Positions 18,195 to 26,900 of a stretch of DNA of 64,000 bases are shown here, one piece after another. How positions within the stretch are numbered: the stretch's first letter is position 1; the number at the start of each line of letters is the position of its first letter. Source of the stretch: an uncultured delta proteobacterium. GTDB taxonomy: Bacteria > Desulfobacterota > Binatia > Binatales > Binataceae. The translations under genes and the position numbers were made by a program. The stretch is from assembly GCA_963808235.1 (NCBI GenBank), contig CAWEEQ010000004.1:2240001-2304000 (forward strand), in the 5' to 3' direction. The notes beneath the pieces were generated by a model that was not told the DNA's origin, did no database searches, and worked only from the letters and a program-made list of their open reading frames with translations.

Positions 18195-20113
18195 CAGCCC
18201 GCAGTCTCTTCGAACTGAAAACGCTCCATCGTGATTGCCGAGGTCGGGCACCGCGTCGCACACAGGCCGCATCGGATGCACTTGGCCTCGTCGTAAAGAA
18301 AGGCGCTGCGGGTCTGCGCTTCCGCCATCACGCCGGCCACCCGCTCCTGATCGGCGATTTCTTCCGCGAGCGTGAAGTGCAGGCAATGCTCCGGACAAAT
18401 GTCGACGCATCGATTGCACAGGATGCATTTCGCGCCGTCGTAGATCGGATGGATATGGCAGTAGAGGCATCGCTCGGCCTGCTCGCGCGCGTCGCCCGGC
18501 GTAAACGTGGACTCGACTTCCGTGATACCGGTGCGACGCGAGAGCGGAACCAGCGGAATCTCGCGATGCTTCAGCTCGTAGTTATCGACCATCCGGTAGG
18601 TATCGGTCGGCAGCTCCTCGATCGTGACAAGCATCCGCGGCTGGCCAAGCGGCTTCCCGCGCAGGTACGCATCGATCCCGCGCGCGGCAACCTTGCCATG
18701 CTGCGCGCAAGTGATCAGCAGCGACGGCGGAAAGGCCGCATCGCCACCTGCGAATACACCCGCGATGCCGGTCTCGAGCGTGACCGGATCGATCTTGAGC
18801 GTTCCCGCCGGCGTGATTGTGACCCCATCTTCAGGCGTGACGAATGACAGGTCCGGCGCCTGCCCGATCGCGAGTATGACCGCGTCGGCGTCAACGATAC
18901 GTTTATCGTTCTCGTCGAATTGCGGCCGGAAGCGGCCGGCGTCGTCGAATACCTTGACGCACTTCACCAGTTCGATTCCGGCGGCATGGCCGTCGCGGAC
19001 AACGATTCGCTTCGGTCCCCAGCCCGGGAGAAAAGTGACGCCTTCGTCGCGGGCGATATCGAGTTCCTCGCGCCCCTGCGCCGATTTCATCGCCGGCATT
19101 TCGGCCCCCGACTCGAGACTCGCGACCGTAACCTCCAGCGCACCGCGCCGCGCCGCCTCGCGCGCCACGTCCAGCGCCACGCGCATCGTGCCGGCCGCGA
19201 CAGTTTGCTCTTCCTCCTGGGACATCACGAGGCCGGGCAGGAGCGCGCGAACCGCGGTCCGAGCCGCATCGATCGCGACCAGGCCGCCGCCTATTACGAC
19301 CACCTTGCCGCCCAGCGCAACGCGATAGCCGCGATTTATGTTGAGCAGATAGTCGATCGCCTTGATCACGCCGTCGGCATCGGTGCCTTCGATCGGAACT
19401 GCGCGGCCGCGCGACGCGCCAACGGCCAGGAAAATTGCTTCGTAACCCTGCTGCTTCAGCTCCCGAACTCCAAAGCCGGGTTTAAGCGGTGCCGAGTAGC
19501 GAAACTCGACGCCGAGCGCTTCGATCTCGCGGACCTGGCAGTCGATCACCTCGCGCGGCAAGCGGTAGGCCGGAATTCCGTATCGAAGCATCCCGCCCGC
19601 GTGCTCCATCGCTTCGAACACCGTCACGCTGTAGCCCATCAGCGCCAGATCGTTTGCGCACGCGAGCCCGGCCGGCCCTGCGCCGACGACCGCGACCTTG
19701 CGCTTCGACCCACCGACGTGAGGCTGCGCGCCGGGTATGTCGATATGACCGGGAGTAACGCTGCCGCCGCCCGTCGGACCCGCGATCATCTCGCGCACTC
19801 CCTTGGAGGAGAGCGCCTCGGGGCCGAATTGCTCGGTGAGAAAACGCTTGAGTGCGCGAATCGTCACAGGCGCGTCGATTTTGCCACGGCGGCATGCGTC
19901 TTCGCATGGAGCGCCGCAAGCGCGTCCGCATATCGAGGCGATCGGATTGGGTGAGCGCGCGACGCGGTATGCCTCCGCGAGGCGTCCTTCCGCGATCAGC
20001 TGAACGTAGCGGCCCGCATCCGTCTTGACCGGACATGCATCGAGGCACGGCACATTTTTGCGGAACCACCACAAGTCGCGCGGCGTCGCGTCGATCGAAT
20101 TTCCATCGCTCAT
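18194..20113 (-). CDS. FAD/NAD(P)-dependent oxidoreductase, GltD/NfnB/DsrL-like, with C-terminal 2x[4Fe-4S]
   Basis: CLDACP..CGRACGAPCEDAC Fe-S domain, GAGPAG, GGGLVAID, CILCNRCVDICP, CIRCGLCATRCP; no signal peptide. Confidence 0.9.
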   Translation of the reverse strand: MSDGNSIDATPRDLWWFRKNVPCLDACPVKTDAGRYVQLIAEGRLAEAYRVARSPNPIASICGRACGAPCEDACRRGKIDAPVTIRALKRFLTEQFGPEALSSKGVREMIAGPTGGGSVTPGHIDIPGAQPHVGGSKRKVAVVGAGPAGLACANDLALMGYSVTVFEAMEHAGGMLRYGIPAYRLPREVIDCQVREIEALGVEFRYSAPLKPGFGVRELKQQGYEAIFLAVGASRGRAVPIEGTDADGVIKAIDYLLNINRGYRVALGGKVVVIGGGLVAIDAARTAVRALLPGLVMSQEEEQTVAAGTMRVALDVAREAARRGALEVTVASLESGAEMPAMKSAQGREELDIARDEGVTFLPGWGPKRIVVRDGHAAGIELVKCVKVFDDAGRFRPQFDENDKRIVDADAVILAIGQAPDLSFVTPEDGVTITPAGTLKIDPVTLETGIAGVFAGGDAAFPPSLLITCAQHGKVAARGIDAYLRGKPLGQPRMLVTIEELPTDTYRMVDNYELKHREIPLVPLSRRTGITEVESTFTPGDAREQAERCLYCHIHPIYDGAKCILCNRCVDICPEHCLHFTLAEEIADQERVAGVMAEAQTRSAFLYDEAKCIRCGLCATRCPTSAITMERFQFEETAG

Positions 20114-20117
20114 CGCG

Positions 20118-20474
20118 CTACTTCTTGCAGAAGGTCCTGATGTACGCGACGAGGTCGTGCATCTCGCCATCCTCGAAGCCTGAGCTCCACGCCTGCATGT
20201 CTTTACTGAGACCGGCGGCCGCGCCGCCGTTCTTGATCACATTGAACATCGTATCGTCGGAAATCTTGCCCATCGCGGCACAGTCAGTGAAATTGCGCGG
20301 GCTGGTGGACAGTGTGGCCGCGGCGGGACCATCGCCCTTGCCGCCGGGGCCGTGACATTTCACGCAAAATGTATCGTAGTTGGTCTTGGCGGTGGCCATG
20401 TCGCCGGCGCGCGCGGGCACAAACGCCAGTGCGATGATTGTGCACGCAGCAAGGATTGAGATGATTCGATTCAC
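20118..20474 (-). CDS. mono-heme cytochrome c
   Basis: GTG start with GGAGG RBS, signal peptide, CVKCH, DMQAW. Confidence 0.88.
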   Translation of the reverse strand: MNRIISILAACTIIALAFVPARAGDMATAKTNYDTFCVKCHGPGGKGDGPAAATLSTSPRNFTDCAAMGKISDDTMFNVIKNGGAAAGLSKDMQAWSSGFEDGEMHDLVAYIRTFCKK

Positions 20475-20512
20475 GTCGTCCTCCGTCTCATTGTTGCGCA
20501 ACTCAAGCCGAT

Positions 20513-20803
20513 TCAACGAGCCTTGAGGTATTCGAGTATCGCCTTGGCGTCTTCCGGCGGAAAATTTCCGAGCGTACGCATATGCATCATGATCTGGTCC
20601 CACTCGTAGGGCGCCTTCTCGGAGCCCGGGCGCGCGTTGTGACAGGTGTTGCAGTAGACCGGCCACAGTTTAGCACCCTCCCGGAAGAGTCGCTTGTGCT
20701 CAGCCGGAGACATATCTTCTTGCGCCTGGGCCCGGACGGAAGTCCGTGCCGTCCCGATCAGGAGCATTGCAAATGCAATTGCCACGAATATTTTCTTCAT
20801 CAT
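20513..20803 (-). CDS. small mono-heme cytochrome c
   Basis: signal peptide, CNTCH, WDQIMMHM. Confidence 0.85.
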   Translation of the reverse strand: MMKKIFVAIAFAMLLIGTARTSVRAQAQEDMSPAEHKRLFREGAKLWPVYCNTCHNARPGSEKAPYEWDQIMMHMRTLGNFPPEDAKAILEYLKAR

Positions 20804-20814
20804 CGTGACTCCGC

Positions 20815-22377
20815 TCAGAACCCAACCGTGATCTGGCTCAGGAACGCGTGATCGTTCGGGATTGAGCGCGCCGATGTCTCGACGCCCTTGGAGTTAACGA
20901 ACAGCCCTCCGTCGCGCGGCAGTTCGATATCGAATTCGTTTTGCCAGACGATCGACGGTGCGATCCAATAGTCCAGACCCAACGCCACTTCGCGAGCATG
21001 CGGCGCGTACGTCGCAGGCGACCCGTTGATGCCGAAATCGGGGACCAATCCCACCTGCGTGCCGCCCAGCCCGACGCCGGTCGCGCCCTGGATGTCGGCG
21101 ATCGAAACGCCGCGCTGGTTTACGCCCGAATAACGCACCAGCGGCTCGAATCGACGGAGGTAATTGTCGATCACCTCGGGAACGCCGGGGACTTTAACCC
21201 CGCTCAGGAAGTAGCCGGCCTGCAGGTACCATCCCTGTCGATTGTCGGACGCCTGCCCCATCGGCATCTGGCGATACGATGACAGCCACTCGCCCCGGGT
21301 CTGCAGGTTGCCGACGAAGTAATTGAAATCCACGCCCCACGAGTTGAACCAATCTCCGTTGTTCCACTTGCCGTTGTAGGTGGAGGCGCCGAGCTCGAGC
21401 CTGCCCCACTTCGTATCCACCGGCAGGGGGTAGATTCGAAAGCGCCCGCCGATGGACTTGCCGTTGGTCTGGCTGAAGGCGACTGCGGTCGGACTCGACA
21501 TCGCCGCGCCGAGGACGTTCGAGCTGAAATTCGGTCCGTTGCCACCCCAGACCGTCCAATCGAAATCCTGTCCGAGCGCGCCAAATTGCATTCCGCCGCG
21601 AAGCTGGATTCCAAGCTCGCCCGGTGGAACCACGGGCTCGACTCCGAACGGCAGTGGCGCAGTGACGAACCGGTTTACCCACATCGGACTCTGCGCTTCA
21701 TACCAATCGCCGAACGGTTGATCGAAAAGCCCGGCGACGACCGTCATGTACTTGTTTAGAAAAATCTGAAAATCCGCAGTGGACAGATCGGTTCCTGTCC
21801 CGGTCGCTCCAAACCCCGCGCTGAATACGCCCTGAAAGAGTATCCAGTCCGTCGGGCGATACAGGATCATCGGTTCCCAATCGAAGAAGAACGAGTTCTG
21901 CGACGCGTGATGCAGGCCGTCGAGCGCTCCGCTCTGCTGGTCGTAGATGAATTGGCCGCCGGCCGCCCCGGTCACCGTGAACGAATGCGATCCGAGGTAT
22001 TGCTCGACCGCAGTGCCAAACTGCGACGACGCGATCGGCGCTTCGACCTTCGTCTGCAAGGTCTTCACCTGGGCGTTGGTCTGCTGAAGCTCGAGCGTGG
22101 TCTCCTTCAGCTTCTGATCGGTGCTCTGCAGTTGGCGCGTGGTGGTCTCGACGCTTGAATCTTTCGTCTCGAGCTGCTGAACCTTGACCTCGAGTGAGCG
22201 AATAACTTCGCGGTCGCGCTTGCGCTCCTCTCGCATCTGACGCATCTCGGCTCTGATTTCCTTGAGCGCGGCGGCGGCGGTAGCGTCACTGTCTGCCGCG
22301 CGTGCCGGCCCCGCCATTGATAACGCCGCGACTGCGATTGCGAACAGAAATGTCGAGAAAATTCGTCCGGCTCGCAT
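20815..22377 (-). CDS. outer-membrane beta-barrel (porin-like) with N-terminal coiled coil
   Basis: signal peptide ARA|A, heptad coiled coil, amphipathic beta-strands, C-terminal SQITVGF; GGAG RBS. Confidence 0.8.
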   Translation of the reverse strand: MRAGRIFSTFLFAIAVAALSMAGPARAADSDATAAAALKEIRAEMRQMREERKRDREVIRSLEVKVQQLETKDSSVETTTRQLQSTDQKLKETTLELQQTNAQVKTLQTKVEAPIASSQFGTAVEQYLGSHSFTVTGAAGGQFIYDQQSGALDGLHHASQNSFFFDWEPMILYRPTDWILFQGVFSAGFGATGTGTDLSTADFQIFLNKYMTVVAGLFDQPFGDWYEAQSPMWVNRFVTAPLPFGVEPVVPPGELGIQLRGGMQFGALGQDFDWTVWGGNGPNFSSNVLGAAMSSPTAVAFSQTNGKSIGGRFRIYPLPVDTKWGRLELGASTYNGKWNNGDWFNSWGVDFNYFVGNLQTRGEWLSSYRQMPMGQASDNRQGWYLQAGYFLSGVKVPGVPEVIDNYLRRFEPLVRYSGVNQRGVSIADIQGATGVGLGGTQVGLVPDFGINGSPATYAPHAREVALGLDYWIAPSIVWQNEFDIELPRDGGLFVNSKGVETSARSIPNDHAFLSQITVGF

Positions 22378-22422
22378 AGTCTCCCCCGATCTGCGCCGAC
22401 TCACTCGGCGCTTCCGTCTGAG

Positions 22423-22438
22423 AGCAACAGTTGTGCCC
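22423..22438 (-). promoter_or_regulatory. putative sigma54 (-24/-12) promoter of the porin-cytochrome operon
   Basis: minus strand gGGCAC-AACTG-TTGCT, ~45 nt upstream of the porin ATG. Confidence 0.65.
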
Positions 22439-22855
22439 CAGATACCCATATTTGCGTTCACCTAGCGCCGAGACGCGTCGCAGCTACGTCTACATGATCA
22501 CCCGCCGCTGAGTCCCCGAGCATTGGACCGAGCTCGTCCGCAAACTTTCTCGCAAAACAATCAGACTTTCGAAAGAATCGACCTAATCGGCCGTCTCATG
22601 ATCGAACATAAATGTCCCCTGAAGCACCAAACTAGGGTGCGGACTCCTCTTAAGGATCGGGATCGCCGTCATTCGACCCTTGGCTATGACGCCTGTCGCC
22701 AACGGTGGCAGCGCCTGTATCCGAACGATACAAGATTCGGGTTGGCGCCCGAATTTCGTCGGATAGCCGACACTCAATTGCCGCAATCATTCGGCACGAA
22801 CAATGAAAAGGAATGCTGGAGTTGGCTATCAGCGATCCGGGATTAGGAGAGGAAA

Positions 22856-23083
22856 ATGCAATTTCAGATCAATTCATCTGAATCGGCGATGACTGAAGCG
22901 GTCGAGACGCAAATCCTCGCGCACGTCAAAGCGCTCGAAGACTACGTTCCCCCGACGTTCGAGTCACCACTATCTTTCCGCCTGACGGCTATGGCGTGCT
23001 GGAAACTCGTGACGGGCGGGAAATCTATTTTCGTAGCGACCCTGCCGAGGCTCGCGCCGGAGCTTGAACCGTCGCAACGGTGA
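22856..23083 (+). CDS. small hypothetical protein (N-terminus weakly HPF/RaiA-like)
   Basis: strong AGGAGAGGA RBS; MQFQINSSESAMTEAVETQILAHVKALE. Confidence 0.4.
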   Translation: MQFQINSSESAMTEAVETQILAHVKALEDYVPPTFESPLSFRLTAMACWKLVTGGKSIFVATLPRLAPELEPSQR

Positions 23084-23087
23084 GTCT

Positions 23088-23606
23088 ATGAAAGCGAATA
23101 TGAGCGCTGCCAAGAAGCCGTCCGCAAAGCGAGCCAAGAAGCTCAACGACACCCGCAAGATACGAAACCTAACCGAAGAGCTGAGCCGCGAAGAATACCT
23201 GCTCGGGATGCCGCTGCTGGACGCGGCGGTCGCCGGGGTGATTCTCGGCTTCAAGCCGTCGGATCGCGAGATGCGCACGCAGGCGCAGCGATGCTGGGAA
23301 CTTCTGAAGCCGCGACTCAATCAGCATCTGCTCAGCGAAGATGAAACCCTGCTGCCATGGGCTGAAGGTGAAGGCGGCATCTCTGCCGGGGTCATGGATC
23401 GAATCAAAAAGAACCACCGCGAGATCCGCGCTCTGATCGGCAGGCTAATCGGAGTGTCATTCGAAGAGGATCCAGACAAGGTCGTCTCGGTGGCCGGCAA
23501 AGCGCTGTGCGCACTTGCGATCAAGCTCGATGACCTCATCGACAGTGAAGAGATGCGACTGCTGCCAACGCTCAGAAGGATGCTGTTCGCCCAGCTCAGC
23601 GATTAG
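23088..23606 (+). CDS. hemerythrin-like domain protein (degenerate ligands)
   Basis: HLLSEDETLLP, KNHREI, DSEEMRLLP repeats of the HHE pattern. Confidence 0.65.
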   Translation: MKANMSAAKKPSAKRAKKLNDTRKIRNLTEELSREEYLLGMPLLDAAVAGVILGFKPSDREMRTQAQRCWELLKPRLNQHLLSEDETLLPWAEGEGGISAGVMDRIKKNHREIRALIGRLIGVSFEEDPDKVVSVAGKALCALAIKLDDLIDSEEMRLLPTLRRMLFAQLSD

Positions 23607-23633
23607 ACGGTCACATAGTGGGAAGGCCGCAAG

Positions 23634-23786
23634 ATGAGTGAGTATCAAGGATATCTAATCGAGAAAGATCCTGAGACTGGACGGTGGCATATTCCCTGGA
23701 AGGGGAAGAAACAGGCTGTCGAGTTTGACAAGGAGTCGCAGGCCGAAGAGTGGATCGACGAGCAATTTCCGTCGCATCGATTCTAA
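23634..23786 (+). CDS. 50-aa hypothetical protein
   Basis: below the ORF-track cutoff; translated by hand: MSEYQGYLIEKDPETGRWHISWKGKKQAVEFDKESQAEEWIDEQFPSHRF*. Confidence 0.55.
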   Translation: MSEYQGYLIEKDPETGRWHIPWKGKKQAVEFDKESQAEEWIDEQFPSHRF

Positions 23787-23791
23787 GACCG

Positions 23792-23870
23792 TTACTCTAC
23801 AGACCGTCCTTTTTCGATCTTCGCGTAGAGCTTCTTGCGGGAGATTCGAAGCATAGCAGCTAGAGCGATG
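23792..23870 (-). pseudogene. remnant Fis-type HTH (C-terminus of a sigma54 activator)
   Basis: minus-strand frame reads ALAAMLRISRKKLYAKIEKGRSVE*. Confidence 0.5.
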
Positions 23871-23934
23871 CTAATCGTCGATGGCTGTCAATCTGCGGCA
23901 TTCACGGAATGAACCTCGCTCCGTCAGAATACAG

Positions 23935-23990
23935 TGCCGGGGGCGGGACTCGAACCCGCACAGAGCTTTCGCTCCAGAGGATTTTAAGTC
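23935..23990 (-). repeat. displaced 3' half of tRNA-Leu(UAA) (att-like copy 1)
   Basis: 56 bp with the same endpoints as copy 2; nearly identical to 40375-40430. Confidence 0.92.
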
Positions 23991-24319
23991 GTCTAGGTTT
24001 GACTATAACTACTTGAAAACATTGGTTTTCTTCCTTCGCTCATGTGAGACTGTGTAACTTTATGTGTAAGTTTTCAAGAATATCCGACTGGTTTTAAAGG
24101 CCTGTCGGGCCGATTTGCGGGCTCCTGGGAGCGGGGTGGCCATCCATGTCAGTGGCCCCCTCGGCATGGCCGCAGGCGGTCGCTTTGACGTACGTAAATT
24201 CCTTTCCAATGCTGTTCATGCCGCGGACAGTGGGAAGTCAGCCTGCGAGTTTTGCTGCACACGGGGCACGGTAAAGGCTTAAGTTTCAGCAAATCGCGAA
24301 AGGCCTGCGAGGCTTCGGA

Positions 24320-25330
24320 TCACTCGGCGACGGGGGCGCGAAGTTTGATCGAACTGAGCCGCGAATGAGCTTCGTCTATAGCCTGTTTGCGTAGACCAAA
24401 ATACAACGCGATCGCCCGATCCGCCTCGAACAGGCGATAGGACGAGATATCGTCGGGGTCATTGCGCTGCTGGCTCGCGAGCATCCGCATGTCCTGATGC
24501 GTGAACACCAACTCGAGGTCGAATTTCGCCGCGAGCCGTGCGACGGCTCGGCCGCCCAGCCATCCCGGAATGTAGGCCTGCTGGTATCGCGCCCACAGCC
24601 AGGTATGGTCGCGATCGATCGGCGTTGCGCTGGCGATGAACTGCACCCCTCTTGCGACCGCAATCGTCGCGAGGGTGGGTAGTCGAATGGCGTAAGTGAA
24701 GTTGTAATTGGGACGCATCCAGCCTGATCGTTCGTGATGCAGCGACACTTTCATTCGAATGACATCGCCGTCGAGCCGCGCCTCCTGCGCCTCGACCCGA
24801 GTGCCCGCGCCAGGAATCGTAGCTCGATGAACGAAGGGCACGTGATGGATGTCACCGAGGTTCTCCATCACGAGCAGATATGAAACAGGATAATCGCGCT
24901 GCACGAAGCTGGTTCGCGAACCGGGTTCCGGCGCTTCGGGAAACCACGGGATTTCCGTGGCGGGGTCGGAATCACCGTACCAATACCAGACGAGGCCGTG
25001 CGCCTCGCGGACCTGTCGCGTCGGTAAATCGAAGCCGCGCGGCACCGGCTGCCCCTCGCCATTGGCGGGAATCAGCACGCATCGGCCGGCGGAATCGAAC
25101 CGCAGTCCGTGAAATGGACACACAAGGCAGTCGTCGCGGACCCATCCCAGGCTGAGTTGCGCGGCGCGATGAGGGCAGCGGTCGGTCATGCACACGGCGG
25201 CGCCGCCGTTGTCGCGCCACAACACCAGCCGCTCGCCCAGGCGCGTGATGCCGACCGGCTTGCGCGGTTTCAATTTCGAGCTGTCGAAGATCGGGTACCA
25301 CTGATTCGGAATAAAATCGTCGAGAGCCAT
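24320..25330 (-). CDS. Rieske non-heme iron oxygenase alpha subunit (VanA/KshA-like)
   Basis: CPHR...CPFHG Rieske motif; ENLGDIHHVPFVH and QD mononuclear Fe motif. Confidence 0.9.
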   Translation of the reverse strand: MALDDFIPNQWYPIFDSSKLKPRKPVGITRLGERLVLWRDNGGAAVCMTDRCPHRAAQLSLGWVRDDCLVCPFHGLRFDSAGRCVLIPANGEGQPVPRGFDLPTRQVREAHGLVWYWYGDSDPATEIPWFPEAPEPGSRTSFVQRDYPVSYLLVMENLGDIHHVPFVHRATIPGAGTRVEAQEARLDGDVIRMKVSLHHERSGWMRPNYNFTYAIRLPTLATIAVARGVQFIASATPIDRDHTWLWARYQQAYIPGWLGGRAVARLAAKFDLELVFTHQDMRMLASQQRNDPDDISSYRLFEADRAIALYFGLRKQAIDEAHSRLSSIKLRAPVAE

Positions 25331-25364
25331 GGCTCCTCCTTTGAGATCGGATTGCGGCCTCAGG

Positions 25365-25730
25365 CTACGCGGTGACGATCCATTTCCGGGCCTCTGATAT
25401 CTGGGCGGTAGTGAAGACTCGCAGTTCTCCGGGCATCAGAAAGCGAAAAGCGCCGACCAGATGCCTGATCCAGGCGACGTCGGTCACGACGGCCGCCCGT
25501 TCCCAACGGGAAAGATGCTCAATTCCGAGTTTGAAATCTTCCCATTCGGCGCCGAAATCGATTCCGGTGAATTGGGAACCCAGATCGTAGTAAAGCCGCA
25601 GCTTGGCATTTCGCTTCAGCGCCTTGTCTATTGCCGGTATCACCACCTCCAGGTAGTCCTTTCTCGTCACTTCGCCCTTGGCCAGAATTCCCACTACGTT
25701 GTCGGGAAAGCCTTCGATAATCTCGATCAT
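25365..25730 (-). CDS. SpoIIAA-like (STAS/SEC14) domain protein
   Basis: GEVTRKDY..WERAAVVTDVAWI..EARKWI pattern. Confidence 0.85.
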   Translation of the reverse strand: MIEIIEGFPDNVVGILAKGEVTRKDYLEVVIPAIDKALKRNAKLRLYYDLGSQFTGIDFGAEWEDFKLGIEHLSRWERAAVVTDVAWIRHLVGAFRFLMPGELRVFTTAQISEARKWIVTA

Positions 25731-26401
25731 AGTCCGGCACCTCCGGTGATAGTTGAGATTGGTTGGGCCCGGGGGAACAATCCGCGCATGGCGATCGCAG
25801 TGCCGCGGCGAATTTCGTTGCGCACCATCTCGGCGCTGATCGCGTCGTTCATCAAGTAAGCGGTCATCCAGGTGAAGCAGACGCCGTAAAGGACGGTCGC
25901 CGCGGGCATGGGTTCTAGGTCGGATCCGAGAATCCCGTCTGTCCGGTATCGTTCAAGCAGCGCGGCGAGCTGCGTCACCAGTTGCGTGTCGCCGTCGAAC
26001 AGGCGCCGCCCGACTGTGGTCGGCTCGGCGATCGCAGCGCCGAAAAGTTCACGCCACAGCCGTCGGTCGTCACGCGTGAAGTCCTCGAGAAAAATTTCTG
26101 TGAACGCGCACGCGGCCGCCACCGGGTCGCGCGGCGGGTCGTCAAGGATCTTTCGCCCTCGCGCAAGCAGCGATTCCGTTTCACGCCTGACGATTGCCAG
26201 TAGCAGCGCCGATTTCGACGGGAAATAGTTGTAGATTGTTCCAACTGCGAGGCCTGCGCGGGCCGCTACATCTTCCATTGCGACTTCGGCGTAGCCCTTC
26301 CTGGCGAACAATTTCTCGGCCGCCTTAACGATACGACGCTCGCGCTCCAGTTTCTGCCGGTCGCGAAGTCCGACTGGCCGTATGTCCAAAGATGAATCCA
26401 T
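25727..26401 (-). CDS. TetR/AcrR family transcriptional regulator
   Basis: LFARKGYAEVAMEDVAARAGLAVGTIYNYFPSK HTH. Confidence 0.93.
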   Translation of the reverse strand: MDSSLDIRPVGLRDRQKLERERRIVKAAEKLFARKGYAEVAMEDVAARAGLAVGTIYNYFPSKSALLLAIVRRETESLLARGRKILDDPPRDPVAAACAFTEIFLEDFTRDDRRLWRELFGAAIAEPTTVGRRLFDGDTQLVTQLAALLERYRTDGILGSDLEPMPAATVLYGVCFTWMTAYLMNDAISAEMVRNEIRRGTAIAMRGLFPRAQPISTITGGAGL

Positions 26402-26464
26402 TCATCATTCATAAGGCCGATCAACGCTGTTGTCAAGGAAACCTGAATGGATTCATCTTTGGAC
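26384..26464 (-). promoter_or_regulatory. tetR promoter flanked by a perfect 21-bp inverted repeat (likely two operators)
   Basis: GTCCAAAGATGAATCCATTCA (26384-26404) / TGAATGGATTCATCTTTGGAC (26444-26464); between them, minus-strand TTGACA-17-TATGAA. Confidence 0.7.
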
Positions 26465-26900
26465 GAGAAGATGCACGAGCGTAGGGTCAAATTCGATAGC
26501 TGATCGACGATCCCATGTTAGCTCTAGATGCGCACAAATGGCACCAGCATCGCGGTCTTTGCGTGCATAGGCGTCTTAACAATTTCGCGCGTGACATGAG
26601 GTGGGAGAAGTGACCTCACAAACGTGTCGGTCCTACAGGTCTGGCGCTTGAGGGCACGAGGGGTTTATCTTCAGTTGTCGCCCGAAAACCTGACCAAACT
26701 TCCTAACACTCTGAATTTACGTTCAAGCAGATGATCGATGGCGCGGTGTCGAAGGGGGTTCAGCGCAAAGACATTGGCCCAAAAACTGGTCGCACGAAAG
26801 AGATGCTTCACACCGCATGGAATGCCCCCTGGATTCGCTGTGTTGCCGCGACTCAATTCCAACAACGCGGCGGAGTTTTGGCAGTGAGGAGAAATCAAAA

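Larger units (their letters stand above)
14773..23934. mobile_element. tRNA-Leu-integrated genomic island B (respiratory cargo), no integrase seen
   Basis: bounded by direct repeats 14717-14772 and 23935-23990; AT-rich arm-like region at 14773-14900. Confidence 0.7.

Noticed and set aside
18920-19954. 344-aa plus-strand ORF, and similar long antisense ORFs (3607-4404, 46344-47249, 57458-58198)
   Set aside because: Shadow frames of well-supported genes in high-GC DNA, with no recognisable motifs
22792-22808. GGCACGAACAATGA possible plus-strand sigma54 promoter
   Set aside because: Lacks the invariant GC at -12
26539-26553. TGGCAC-N5-TCGC possible sigma54 promoter for the USP gene
   Set aside because: Imperfect -12 element and ~350 bp from the start codon; insufficient support
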